DNA from: Patescibacteria group bacterium
Lineage (GTDB): Bacteria; Patescibacteriota; Minisyncoccia; Phycocordibacterales; UBA9973
NCBI GenBank assembly: GCA_030916965.1
Contig: JAUPVQ010000030.1
Span: 1-60,894 of the forward strand
DNA length: 60,894 bases
Direction: 5' to 3'
Positions 27,159-37,103 of this stretch are shown here, in pieces. A program made the position numbers and the translations under genes. Every line of letters starts with the position of its first letter. Positions within the stretch are counted from its first letter, which is position 1. The notes under the pieces are model-generated. The model worked only from the letters and a program-made list of their open reading frames with translations, was not told the origin of the DNA and made no database searches.

Positions 27159-28184
27159 ATGTTACAAGTCCAAGAAAATGTGGATATAAAGGATTATTGT
27201 ACACTCCATATTGGTGGCAAGTTTCGCTACTTTGCGACTATCAAAAATAAAGAAGAAATCAATGAAGCAATAGAAATAGCCCAGAAAAATAATACGAAAT
27301 TGTTTATGCTTGGTGGTGGATCCAACATTGTGTTTACCGACAAAGTACTTGATGTACTGGCACTCAAAATGGAAATTTCTGGTTTTGATATTATAGAAAA
27401 TACTGATGAATATGTAATTGTGAAAGTTGGTGCTGGTGAAAATTGGGATACATTTGTTTCGAGAACGGTTGTAAGTAATCTATCGGGAGTCGAAGCGTTA
27501 TCCTCGATTCCTGGTACCGTAGGAGCAACACCTGTTCAGAATGTGGGTGCTTATGGACAAGAAGTCAAAGATACTATAGTTAGTATTGAGGTTTTTGATA
27601 TAGAAAATAACAATACTCTAAATTTAACAAATTTAGAGTGCAAATTTGCATACCGTGATAGTATTTTTAAAAATGAAGGCAAAAATAAATATATTATTCT
27701 GACTGTTACATTTAAACTATTAAAAAAGATACCGGAAATTCCACATTATATTGATGTTAAAAAATATTTTATACAAAACAATATCAATACTCCAAGTTTG
27801 CTTGAGATAAGAAATGCAATTATACATATTCGTGGAGTCAAATTACCTGACCCGAAAGTCATTTTTAATGTTGGCTCATTTTTCAAGAATCCAATTGTAG
27901 ATAGTAGCCTAGCAAAAAAGCTTAAAAATAATAATACTGATTTGACTGTCTATCCAATAGACGAAGAGCATACAAAAGTTCCTGCTGGCTGGCTGATAGA
28001 GAAAGCTGGATTAAAAGGCAAAAACTTCGGCCCACTATCTGTCTACAACAAAAATGCCCTTGTTTTAGTAAACAACGGCAATGCTACCTATGAAGATGTG
28101 ATCTCTGTTAGAGATCAAATAATAAAAATAGTGAAAGATAAATTCGGTATAACTCTTGAACAAGAGCCAGAGATAATAAAATAA
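27159..28184 (+). CDS. murB: UDP-N-acetylmuramate dehydrogenase
   Basis: FAD-binding N-terminus (HIGGKFRYF, LGGGSNIVF), SGVEALSSIPGTVGATPVQNVGAYGQE, and C-terminal GSFFKNP / PAGWLIE. Confidence 0.85.
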   Translation: MLQVQENVDIKDYCTLHIGGKFRYFATIKNKEEINEAIEIAQKNNTKLFMLGGGSNIVFTDKVLDVLALKMEISGFDIIENTDEYVIVKVGAGENWDTFVSRTVVSNLSGVEALSSIPGTVGATPVQNVGAYGQEVKDTIVSIEVFDIENNNTLNLTNLECKFAYRDSIFKNEGKNKYIILTVTFKLLKKIPEIPHYIDVKKYFIQNNINTPSLLEIRNAIIHIRGVKLPDPKVIFNVGSFFKNPIVDSSLAKKLKNNNTDLTVYPIDEEHTKVPAGWLIEKAGLKGKNFGPLSVYNKNALVLVNNGNATYEDVISVRDQIIKIVKDKFGITLEQEPEIIK

Positions 28185-28225
28185 GAATTGCAATTTAACT
28201 CTATTTTGGGTAAGATACATTCAAT

Positions 28226-28306
28226 GCTCGAGTGGCGGAATGGTATACGCGGACGACTCAAAATCGTCTCTCGCAAGGGGTGGAGGTTCGAGTCCTCTCT
28301 CGAGCA
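28226..28306 (+). tRNA. tRNA-Leu (anticodon CAA), type II with a long variable arm
   Basis: Acceptor stem GCTCGAG/CTCGAGC, D arm GCG-GAATGGTATA-CGC, anticodon arm GACGA-CTCAAAA-TCGTC, long variable arm, T arm GGAGG-TTCGAGT-CCTCT, discriminator A. CCA is not encoded. Confidence 0.85.
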
Positions 28307-28367
28307 CAATAAAATAGCTGTATATTAGGAATTTTTATTTAGAAAAATTTTGTGCTAAAATAGCCAA

Positions 28368-29360
28368 ATGGCACAACTATATGAGAACTCAATATTTTGG
28401 ATTGATGTAGACAAGATCAAACCCAACCCTTATCAACCCCGTCGAGAATTTGACGATGGGCGACTTTCTGACCTAGCGAATTCTATACGCCAATACGGAA
28501 TCCTCCAGCCGCTTACAGTTTCTCGTAACGAAGTTATAAAAGAAGATGGCGTGGAAGTGGAGTACGAATTGATCGCTGGAGAGCGCCGACTACGAGCTAG
28601 CAAACTGGCAGGAGTACGTGAAGTGCCAGTGGTTATCCGTGTAGGAGACGATAGTATGACCAAGCTTGAGCTTGCGATCATAGAGAACTTACAACGTGAA
28701 GATCTGAATGCAGTAGAGCGTGCACGAGCATTTATGCGCTTGGCAGAAGAATTTAAATTCACACACCTACAAATCGGTACAAAAGTCGGCAAGAGTCGTG
28801 AATATGTATCCAATACATTACGCTTGTTATCATTACCACAAGAAGTCCTAGACGCACTTTCCCAAGGTAAAATTAGCGAAGGGCATACACGACCTATCAT
28901 GATGCTCGCTGACAAGCCTGAAGAACAGATTGTATTTTTCAAAGAAATAATGTTCCGCAAAATGACAGTACGTGAAGCAGAGCGCCTTTCTCGCAAGATT
29001 GCCACAGATCGTGTACGTAAAAAGGAATATATGGCCGACCCAGAAATTACAGCTATGGAAGAGAAGCTCCAAGAGACTCTAGGTACACGAGTACATATAG
29101 AAAAAGGGGAAGTTGGTGGGCAGATAAAAATCGACTTTTTCTCTAATGAAGATCTCGATACTATCCTCAATATTATTAAAAGTAGCGAGGGGACAGATGG
29201 ACGCAAACCAAATGAAATGATAAATAGATTTATCGATTCATTGCCGCAACCTGAAGTTATCGTAGTAGAAACTCCTATTGAAGATGATCGCACAAAAGAA
29301 GAAATCAAAAATGACGAAGAAGAAACTGATCTCTATAATATAAAGAATTTCTCTCTTTAG
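28368..29360 (+). CDS. parB: ParB/Spo0J chromosome partitioning protein
   Basis: QPRREFD, GILQPLTV, LIAGERRLRASKLAG, ENLQREDLN and an HTH. TGcTAAAAT lies 6 nt upstream of the ATG. Confidence 0.85.
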   Translation: MAQLYENSIFWIDVDKIKPNPYQPRREFDDGRLSDLANSIRQYGILQPLTVSRNEVIKEDGVEVEYELIAGERRLRASKLAGVREVPVVIRVGDDSMTKLELAIIENLQREDLNAVERARAFMRLAEEFKFTHLQIGTKVGKSREYVSNTLRLLSLPQEVLDALSQGKISEGHTRPIMMLADKPEEQIVFFKEIMFRKMTVREAERLSRKIATDRVRKKEYMADPEITAMEEKLQETLGTRVHIEKGEVGGQIKIDFFSNEDLDTILNIIKSSEGTDGRKPNEMINRFIDSLPQPEVIVVETPIEDDRTKEEIKNDEEETDLYNIKNFSL

Positions 29361-30835
29361 AATTTCGCAAATGAGCGAAATTTTGTAAGCAAACTATTTT
29401 TGTTTAAATACTGGTGAATATGCTTTTTAGCCATTGAAGTTTTTGTATGATCTAGCCATTTACTTGAAGGATTGGAATTTTTCTGAGTTTTTATTTCTAT
29501 AACGTCATGATTTTGTAGTTTAGTAAAAAGAGTAGCGATCTTACCGTTCACTTTTGCGCTTTGGGCATGGTCGCCTATGTCGGAGTGTATAGAATATGCA
29601 AAATCAATTGGACATGAATCTATTGGCAAATCTACAACATCACCCTTTGGAGTAAATACGAATATACGGTCCTGGAATAAATCCGCCTTTAAATGCTCTA
29701 TAAATTTTTCGGGTTCGTTTACATTCTTATGAAGTTCTTTTAATCCATCAACCCAGTCCAAGTTTTTGATTATATCTTCTGGTTTATTTGTTGTTTTTCT
29801 TTTTGTTTTATCTTTGTATATAAAATGTGCCGCAATACCATAGGCTGCTTCTGCGTGCATTTCAGGTGTACGGATTTGAACTTCGACAAGTGCACCATTA
29901 CCAGTGAATATTGTAGTATGAAGTGACCTATACCCATTTGGTTTCGGAGTAGCGATATAGTCTTTGATTCTTCCTGGTAGTGGACGCCAAATACTGTGTA
30001 TTAAGCCCAACACTCGATAGCAATCTTCTACATTCTCGACAATTACACGTAGAGCGATTAGATCATAGATCTTGTCGATATCCATGTTGTATCTGATTAA
30101 TTTTTGCCACAAGCTATATTTATGTTTTGCTCGTTCGCTTATTTCTAGGAATGTTATTTTTTGTTTAGCTAATTCTTTTTTTAGCTCACAAGCAACAGTT
30201 TGTAATTCTTTTTGATTTATTTCAGATTTACTTGCCATTAGTTTGCTAACTTCTTCGTATTCTTTTGGATATGCATATGGAAAAGCTCCATCTTCAAGTT
30301 CTCCTTTGAGCTTACCCATACCTATACGATCAGCTAGCCGGGCATGAATTTCGATAGTTTCGAGGGCTATACGCTTCTGTTTGTCGGGACGAACATGTTG
30401 CAATGTACTAACATTGTGTAATCTGTCAGCAAGTTTGATAATTAGTATTCGTAAATCATTGGCCATAGCTAGGAAAAATTTCCTTAGACTCTCAACGTGC
30501 CTTTCATGGCCACGATATTTCATTGCTCCAAGCTTTGTAACACCATTTACTAGTGTAACGATTTCTTCACCGAATTCTTTTCCTAGCTCTTCTTCTGTAA
30601 CTTCTGTATCTTCGATAACGTCATGTAGGAATCCTGCTACAATCGTTTTTGTATCCATTCCTACACGAGCGAGCGTTTTGGCTGTTTCAAATACATGTAT
30701 AAAGTAGGGTTCTCCAGAGTTGCGGAGTTGGCCAAGATGAGCCTTCTCTGCAAAATCATAAGCCTTTTTAATCAGAGTCTTGTTGGACTCTTTTACATTA
30801 GGCATATAATTAAATATTTCTTCGATATTTGTCAT
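29357..30835 (-). CDS. rel: Short RelA/SpoT-family (p)ppGpp synthetase/hydrolase (HD + synthetase + TGS only)
   Basis: HD motif HDVIEDT, synthetase block YRSLHTT, TGS block IFVFTPKGDVVDLP. The protein ends about 60 aa after TGS, at 492 aa. Confidence 0.85.
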   Translation of the reverse strand: MTNIEEIFNYMPNVKESNKTLIKKAYDFAEKAHLGQLRNSGEPYFIHVFETAKTLARVGMDTKTIVAGFLHDVIEDTEVTEEELGKEFGEEIVTLVNGVTKLGAMKYRGHERHVESLRKFFLAMANDLRILIIKLADRLHNVSTLQHVRPDKQKRIALETIEIHARLADRIGMGKLKGELEDGAFPYAYPKEYEEVSKLMASKSEINQKELQTVACELKKELAKQKITFLEISERAKHKYSLWQKLIRYNMDIDKIYDLIALRVIVENVEDCYRVLGLIHSIWRPLPGRIKDYIATPKPNGYRSLHTTIFTGNGALVEVQIRTPEMHAEAAYGIAAHFIYKDKTKRKTTNKPEDIIKNLDWVDGLKELHKNVNEPEKFIEHLKADLFQDRIFVFTPKGDVVDLPIDSCPIDFAYSIHSDIGDHAQSAKVNGKIATLFTKLQNHDVIEIKTQKNSNPSSKWLDHTKTSMAKKHIHQYLNKNSLLTKFRSFAKF

Positions 30836-30877
30836 ATTTACATTATAGCCTAAGCTAAGCTTAGATACAAAGCTAGA

Positions 30878-31735
30878 CTACAATAATTTTTTTTGGATTT
30901 TGTATGATTGGCAACCTATATATTCTACATTTATTGATGCAATTGTAGCTCCGAATTTGCATGCAGCTGTAATAGATTTCCCTTGCCAAAGTTTGTATAT
31001 CATACCAGCGCGATATGCATCTCCTGCTCCCATCGCATCTAGTACTTGTTTTGGTTTAGGAGCATTTATATTAGTGATCTTGCTTTTATTATAAATGTTG
31101 CTTCCGTTTGCACCACTTGTTTTTATAATTGTCTTGTTTGAATTAGTAAAAAATTTCACAAGATCCTTGTCTAGTATTTTTGAGATTTTCCCATACTCAT
31201 TATTATTCAATATTAAAATGTCAGCTAGGTTCATACAGCTTATAAACTGCTGTTTGGAATAATAATTTATCATTTGGCCTGGGTCGAAAATTATTTGGGC
31301 TTTTGGTGCAAAATTCTTGAATTCTAATAAATGATTGTATGTACTTTCTGGATTACCAGGAGCAAAAATTGCGATACTTACATCTTTGAGCTTCTTAATA
31401 TCTACAGTTTCCAGTATTGAGAGTTTGTTTATATTTACATATGCGTTTGGTTCCCAGATCTCGTTTGAGCTACCTTTCTCCAGGATTGAATAAGAGAAAT
31501 TTGCAGTATTCATCTTTTTGTCTGTGCGAACTTGCAAGTCGACCCCATTTTTTGCTAGATGGGGTCCGTATTCTTTATTGAAATCTTTACCAACCAATGA
31601 AAAAAGTAGAGGACGAGCCTTCATCTGCCCTAAGCCATATGCAATATTGCCGGCAGTGCCGCCATAAAATTTCTTTTTTGAAATTATGTCTATAACAACT
31701 GAGCCACAAACAAGAATTTTTGACTTTTTGGACAT
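30878..31735 (-). CDS. PfkB-family kinase (possibly adenosine kinase, given ahcY upstream)
   Basis: GGTAGNIAYGL near the N-terminus and DAMGAGDAYRAGM near the C-terminus. Confidence 0.7.
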   Translation of the reverse strand: MSKKSKILVCGSVVIDIISKKKFYGGTAGNIAYGLGQMKARPLLFSLVGKDFNKEYGPHLAKNGVDLQVRTDKKMNTANFSYSILEKGSSNEIWEPNAYVNINKLSILETVDIKKLKDVSIAIFAPGNPESTYNHLLEFKNFAPKAQIIFDPGQMINYYSKQQFISCMNLADILILNNNEYGKISKILDKDLVKFFTNSNKTIIKTSGANGSNIYNKSKITNINAPKPKQVLDAMGAGDAYRAGMIYKLWQGKSITAACKFGATIASINVEYIGCQSYKIQKKLL

Positions 31736-31740
31736 ATAAA

Positions 31741-33000
31741 CTATTTTGTACCTTCTAACCAGCCGGAAATGTATTCTTTTTGTCTTTCAGTTAATTTGTC
31801 GATACTGACATCGAAGCTTTTTAGTTTCAACATGGCGATTTTGTTGTCCAATTCTTCAGGAAGTACATATACAGAATTCTCTAGATTTTTTCTATTTTTC
31901 AAGACGAAATCAACTGCAAGTATTTGATTGGCGAAACTCATATCCATCACAGATGCTGGGTGGCCCTCAGCACTACCGAGGTTGACCAAGCGTCCACCAG
32001 CAAGTACGAATATTGTTCTACCATCTTTTAGATTGTAGGCCTCTACAGAGTCGCGAAGAGTTTTTTTATTTTTGGAAATTTTGTTTAGTGCTACTAGGTC
32101 TATTTCTACATCGAAGTGGCCAGAATTGGAAATAATACAACCGTCTTTCATCGTTTTGAATACATCTGCCCCAACTACATTTATATTACCGGTAACAGTA
32201 CAAATAAAATCTGCCTTTTTTGCAGCCTCGGTCATCTTCATAACATGGAACCCATCCATAAATGCTTCGAGGGCTTTGACGGGATCAATCTCTGTGACAA
32301 TTACATTTGCACCCATACCACGAGCTCGCATTGCAAGACCCTTGCCACACCATCCATAACCAGCAACTACAAATATTGAACCCGCAATCAGTTTATTGGT
32401 AGCACGTATAATACCATCGAGAGTTGATTGGCCTGTGCCGTAACGATTGTCAAAAAAGTGCTTGGTCATTGAATCATTGACTGCAACAATAGGGAATAGT
32501 AGTGCACCCTCTTTCTGCATAGATTTGAGTCTAGTAACTCCTGTAGTTGTCTCTTCTGTGCCACCAATTATCTTTTTGATATCATTTTTTCTTTTTGTAT
32601 GTAATTCACCTACGAGATCTGCTCCGTCATCCATTGTGATATCGGGCTTGATATCAAGCACAGCATTTAAATGAGAAAAATATTGTTTGTTGCTCTCACC
32701 TTTGATAGCAAAAACTGGAATCTTGTAATTCTTGACTAGTGCTGCTGCGACATCGTCTTGGGTTGAGTATGGATTTGACGCGCATAAAGCAACTTTTGCA
32801 CCACCATCACGAAGCGCTATCATCAGATTGGCTGTTTCTGCTGTGACATGTAGACATGCTGAAATTGTAATACCTTTAAATGGTTTTGATTTTTTAAAAT
32901 CCTCTGCTATGCCAAGCAATACCGGCATATCTAACTCGGCCCATTTGATGCGAGTAAGTCCAGCATCTGCAAGCTTTATATCTTTTATATCGTATTTCAT
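31741..33000 (-). CDS. ahcY: Adenosylhomocysteinase
   Basis: Typical AhcY blocks: [18 protein letters not shown], and the NAD site [10 protein letters not shown]; also GHFDVEID and [11 protein letters not shown]. Confidence 0.9.
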   Translation of the reverse strand: MKYDIKDIKLADAGLTRIKWAELDMPVLLGIAEDFKKSKPFKGITISACLHVTAETANLMIALRDGGAKVALCASNPYSTQDDVAAALVKNYKIPVFAIKGESNKQYFSHLNAVLDIKPDITMDDGADLVGELHTKRKNDIKKIIGGTEETTTGVTRLKSMQKEGALLFPIVAVNDSMTKHFFDNRYGTGQSTLDGIIRATNKLIAGSIFVVAGYGWCGKGLAMRARGMGANVIVTEIDPVKALEAFMDGFHVMKMTEAAKKADFICTVTGNINVVGADVFKTMKDGCIISNSGHFDVEIDLVALNKISKNKKTLRDSVEAYNLKDGRTIFVLAGGRLVNLGSAEGHPASVMDMSFANQILAVDFVLKNRKNLENSVYVLPEELDNKIAMLKLKSFDVSIDKLTERQKEYISGWLEGTK

Positions 33001-33031
33001 ATTTTTATATTAACACAAAATTCCGTAAAGT

Positions 33032-35302
33032 TTATTTTTTGTTGTTTTTTAGATTCTCACCAATTTTGTGAGGGTTATGATTCTTGCACATTTTGTTGCT
33101 ACATCTCTCAGGAATAGTTTTTGTACCTTCCATCATTAGACTTTGGCAGAATTCACAAATATTGCCTGTTGGTTTGGCCTTGATCGCATTTTTGCAATCA
33201 GGGTAATTGGAGCAAGAGTAAAATATTCCAAATCGTCCTCGACGCTCCATCATGTTGCCCTTTTTGCAAACAGGGCAGACAACAGTTGTCATTTTCTTTT
33301 TCATCTCTTCTTCATCTTGCTCTACGTATTTGCATTTTGGATAACGAGAACAGGCCACGAATGCGCCGAATTTCCCTTCGCGTTGCATTAGGCGACCGAG
33401 CTCAACTACCTTTGTACTCTTTCTTTTTTTCTTGCCATTTTTATCTAGACCTGAATCCTCGACTGCAGTTCCGCATTTTGGACAAGGCTTGCCTATGTCT
33501 TTGGGACCTTCTAGTTCTGTACCATCAATTTTTCTTGCACCTACACATCCTGGGTAATTGGCACAAGAAAGGAATTTGCCTGTTCGAGACAATTTTATAA
33601 TCATATCGCCATCACATTTAGGACAACGCATACTTGGGTCTGCCTCTCCCATATTTGTAGCCTTGGCTAATTTGTCTTTTTCCTTAACATCTTTTACGAA
33701 TGGTGTGTAGAAATCTTTGAGGGTTTTAACATATTCACGGTCGCCATTGGCTATATCGTCGAGCTTGTCTTCCATCTCGGCTGTGAACGTGTCGCTAATA
33801 TATTCAGCAAAATTATTTTCTAGAAAGCTTGATACTACATCTCCTGTGTCTGTGGGATATAATGTACGCCCTTGTTTCTCGACATAGCCGCGCTCTTCTA
33901 TTGTACGCATAATAGATGCATAAGTAGACGGGCGACCAATACCACGAGATTCTAGCTCTTTGACTAGGCCTGCTTCGGTGTATCTGTTTGGAGGCTCGGT
34001 GAATTTCTCTGTACTTTTCAATTCAAGCATTTTCAAATCTTGACCTATTTCTACCAAAGGCAATTCTACATCTTCGCCACGAGCTTCGGTATCGACTGCA
34101 AGCCATCCAGGGAAAAGTACTCGTGAACCATTGGCTGTGAAATCTGGTATGTCACCGTTTTTGATATTGGCAACAATTTTCGTCTTCATCAATTTAGCAT
34201 CAGCCATTTGTGATGACACTGTTCGCTCCCAGATTAATCGGTACAATCTCTTTTGTTCATCATTGTGACCTTCGTTCATTGATTCCACATGTGAAGGACG
34301 GATAGCTTCGTGGGCCTCTTGGGCATTCTTTGATTTAGTCTTATAGGATCTCGCTTCGGCGTACTCCTTACCATATTTCTTTTCAACAATATTTAAAATT
34401 TGTGTTTGAGCAACAGCGGAAAGATTGGTACTATCTGTACGCATGTATGTGATGAATCCAGCCTCGTACAATTTCTGTGCGACTTGCATTGTGCGTGATG
34501 GCGAGAAGCCGAGTCGAGAAGATGCAGTTTGTTGGAGTGTACTTGTGGTAAATGGTGCACGAGGACTGCGCTTCTGCTCGCTTGCTTTCAGATCTTTGAC
34601 AAACCATTTTTCTTTTTCACCGAGGGCAATAATATTATCAACAATTTTTTGATCGCGAGGTTCTTCTACACAAGAAAGTGTAATCTTGTCTTTTTTGTTT
34701 GTTTCGAAAAGTCCTTCGAGTGTGAAATATTGCTCTGGAATAAAAGCACGGATTTCGCGCTCACGCTCCATGATGATACGAAGCGCAGGGGATTGCACTC
34801 GGCCGGCAGATAGTCCATAGCGAACCTTCTTCCAAATAATTCCTGATAGATCGTATCCGACAAGGCGGTCGAGCACGCGGCGCGCCTCTTGGGCGCGACG
34901 CAAGTTGGTATCTATATCGCGTGGCTCTTTGAGAGCAACTTCCACAGCTTCCTTTGTAATTTCATGAAAGGTAACTCTCTTTATCGGAGCTTTGATCTTC
35001 TTGTCTTCTTTGAGTAATTCTTCTATATGCCAAGCGATTGCTTCTCCTTCGCGGTCCGGGTCGGTTGCAAGCATTATTTCTTTTGCACCTTCGGCAAGGT
35101 GCTTCAATTCACTGACAACTTTTTCTTTGCCTTTTGAGATTTCGTAGTGGGGGAGGAATCCTTTATCAATATCAATTGCCTTCTTGTTGGACTTCGGCAA
35201 ATCACGCACGTGACCAACAGATGCACGCACAGTATAAGCACCGTCGAGATACTTCTCGATCGTCTTTGCTTTGCTAGGCGACTCAACAATTAATAACTTC
35301 AT
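33032..35302 (-). CDS. topA: DNA topoisomerase I with C-terminal zinc ribbons
   Basis: The Toprim N-terminus is LLIVESPSKAKTIEKYL, and DPDREGEAI and the active-site region ITYMRTDS are present. There are four C-terminal CxxC...CxxC fingers. The start is set at MKLLIV (35302); the tracked start is 35323. Confidence 0.9.
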   Translation of the reverse strand: MKLLIVESPSKAKTIEKYLDGAYTVRASVGHVRDLPKSNKKAIDIDKGFLPHYEISKGKEKVVSELKHLAEGAKEIMLATDPDREGEAIAWHIEELLKEDKKIKAPIKRVTFHEITKEAVEVALKEPRDIDTNLRRAQEARRVLDRLVGYDLSGIIWKKVRYGLSAGRVQSPALRIIMEREREIRAFIPEQYFTLEGLFETNKKDKITLSCVEEPRDQKIVDNIIALGEKEKWFVKDLKASEQKRSPRAPFTTSTLQQTASSRLGFSPSRTMQVAQKLYEAGFITYMRTDSTNLSAVAQTQILNIVEKKYGKEYAEARSYKTKSKNAQEAHEAIRPSHVESMNEGHNDEQKRLYRLIWERTVSSQMADAKLMKTKIVANIKNGDIPDFTANGSRVLFPGWLAVDTEARGEDVELPLVEIGQDLKMLELKSTEKFTEPPNRYTEAGLVKELESRGIGRPSTYASIMRTIEERGYVEKQGRTLYPTDTGDVVSSFLENNFAEYISDTFTAEMEDKLDDIANGDREYVKTLKDFYTPFVKDVKEKDKLAKATNMGEADPSMRCPKCDGDMIIKLSRTGKFLSCANYPGCVGARKIDGTELEGPKDIGKPCPKCGTAVEDSGLDKNGKKKRKSTKVVELGRLMQREGKFGAFVACSRYPKCKYVEQDEEEMKKKMTTVVCPVCKKGNMMERRGRFGIFYSCSNYPDCKNAIKAKPTGNICEFCQSLMMEGTKTIPERCSNKMCKNHNPHKIGENLKNNKK

Positions 35303-35507
35303 CCCGATAGTGAAAAATGGCATTATGTGTTCGCCCTTTTCAATTTAAATTAAATAGTAATATTACTCCAATAAATAAAGATAACTCTCATTTTACCCCG
35401 CACATTATGGCTATGCCATTTTCTACTACGGGATTCATGAACCACAGTATTACACGAAACTAAATATTTTTGCAAATCTACCCTTAATTTTGAAGCTCTT
35501 TTTACTA

Positions 35508-35537
35508 TTGACAAATAGGCATAAATTGTGCTATAAT
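35508..35537 (+). promoter_or_regulatory. Near-consensus promoter (TTGACA-N18-TATAAT with a TGc extension)
   Basis: TTGACA at 35508-35513 and TGCTATAAT at 35529-35537, upstream of the orphan ORF. Confidence 0.5.
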
Positions 35538-35600
35538 CTACAAATAAGTTGCGCTACTTCTTTAAATTAGTAGATATAGCGAGAATGGAAAACTCGCAGA

Positions 35601-36152
35601 ATGGTAAAAGCAAATAAATTTCTGAGTTGTTTATTTCTCTCAAATAAAATATTCCCTTATGGTACTGGGAAGAAAATATGTACATTAATAATGATTTCCG
35701 TTAACAAACTTGGCAAACTTGCTCTTTCAAGATTAGCAAAAAAATTGAACGCATTTGTAGAATATCCAGAAGGTGAAATTCCTTTTGCAAAATTTTACAA
35801 ACACAGTTCAAGCAGTTTTCATCCAGCATCTTCATCAGTCTCATATGCTGTGTATTTATGGGATTGGGAATATGGATTAACAAAAATCCTTACCCTTGAT
35901 GAGTTTCCTTTAGGCTTAGCAATAAAAAGTGCTTTGACCGAAGAAGAAACTGAATGGAGAACAGAAACTTGCAGTGCTTCTCACATTGCTATATATACTT
36001 ACTCTTGTTCAGATGACGGACAGGGTATGGAATATGAGCATAGGGATTTAGCGGTTTATAGGTTCAATCTTGATAAACTCAACGAATGGTTAGAGATTTG
36101 TCAGATGGACGATAAGCAATATTATGCCCGCCCTGAACATCACAGGGATTAA
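35601..36152 (+). CDS. Orphan hypothetical protein inserted between dprA and topA on the opposite strand
   Basis: 183-aa ORF with its own promoter and terminator. No family was recognised and the start is uncertain. Confidence 0.4.
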   Translation: MVKANKFLSCLFLSNKIFPYGTGKKICTLIMISVNKLGKLALSRLAKKLNAFVEYPEGEIPFAKFYKHSSSSFHPASSSVSYAVYLWDWEYGLTKILTLDEFPLGLAIKSALTEEETEWRTETCSASHIAIYTYSCSDDGQGMEYEHRDLAVYRFNLDKLNEWLEICQMDDKQYYARPEHHRD

Positions 36153-36160
36153 AAAATTTA

Positions 36161-36198
36161 ACCCGCCAAAGCAAACTCGCTTCGGCGGGTTTCTTTTT
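36161..36198. terminator. Bidirectional intrinsic terminator
   Basis: ACCCGCCAAAGC-AAACTC-GCTTCGGCGGGT, with one mismatch, followed by TTCTTTTTGTTT on the plus strand and by a T-rich tract on the minus strand downstream of dprA. Confidence 0.65.
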
Positions 36199-36200
36199 GT

Positions 36201-37064
36201 TTAAATTTTTCTTATCTCCCCGTATTCTTCTTTTATCAAATCTTTTATTTCCATTATTGAAAGTAAGGAATTTATTTTTACTACATCCATTCCGCTTTCT
36301 CTTATTAATACATCGCGTTCTTTTGGTTCGTTTAATAATTTCAAAATTATCATTTCATCTTTGCCACAGTCAGCGTATTTTTCTGCATCGGTCTGTTTAG
36401 GCTTTTCTAATTGGAATCCTAGTGCATCGAGTAGCTCTGCACTTGTGCTTACAGGAGTTGCACCTTGGCGGATTAGATTGTTGGTACCTTTGGAATTGTC
36501 CGAGAATACTGACCCTGGTACAACTAGTACATCACGATTGTAATCTACCGCCATGCGCGCAGTGATGAGCGTGCCGGATTTATCTTGGGCTTCAATGATT
36601 AGTACGGCTTTGGAAATTCCTGCCATGAGGCGATTGCGCTGAGGGAAGAAATAAATGTGGGATTTTTCATCTGGTTTGAATTCAGATATTAGGCATCCAC
36701 CACTATCTACTATTTCTTGAGCCAATTTTATATTTGATCGGGGGTACAGTGCTTCATTGTCCAACCCAGAGCCCGGCATCGACATGGTAATGAGTCCTGC
36801 TTTGAGTGCTGCACGGTGGGCAATGGTATCTATGCCGAGTGCAAGGCCCGAGACTATGACGATAGGATATCCTGCCAGCCCTGCAATTAACTTCTCGCAA
36901 ATTTCGCGACCGTATGTTGTGAAATTCCGCGAGCCAACAACTGCCAAATATATATAATCGCTCGGTGGCAAATGCCCGCGCATAAAAAGTTGGGTAGGTG
37001 GCTGAGGAATTTCCAAAAGTGCTTTTGGAAATTCCTCTAGTTTGAGTTTTACAACATCCTCCAT
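36201..37064 (-). CDS. dprA: DNA-processing protein DprA
   Basis: VVGSRNFTTYG, SGLALGIDTIAHRAAL, FPQRNRLMAG, and a C-terminal winged-helix domain. Confidence 0.85.
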   Translation of the reverse strand: MEDVVKLKLEEFPKALLEIPQPPTQLFMRGHLPPSDYIYLAVVGSRNFTTYGREICEKLIAGLAGYPIVIVSGLALGIDTIAHRAALKAGLITMSMPGSGLDNEALYPRSNIKLAQEIVDSGGCLISEFKPDEKSHIYFFPQRNRLMAGISKAVLIIEAQDKSGTLITARMAVDYNRDVLVVPGSVFSDNSKGTNNLIRQGATPVSTSAELLDALGFQLEKPKQTDAEKYADCGKDEMIILKLLNEPKERDVLIRESGMDVVKINSLLSIMEIKDLIKEEYGEIRKI

Positions 37065-37103
37065 ATATTTGTATATTGTATCATTATTTTATATACTGGG
37101 TAT

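Noticed and set aside
28185-28367. Integration hotspot or prophage remnant next to tRNA-Leu, and likewise next to tRNA-Gln at 53856
   Set aside because: There is no integrase, no duplicated tRNA 3' end, and no foreign gene block adjacent. Both tRNAs sit in short intergenic gaps between housekeeping genes.
28433-29308. 291-aa ORF antisense to parB
   Set aside because: The product is a Ser/Arg-rich low-complexity sequence. The sense strand encodes an unmistakable ParB with all conserved blocks. Long antisense ORFs of this kind are a common by-product of codon bias.
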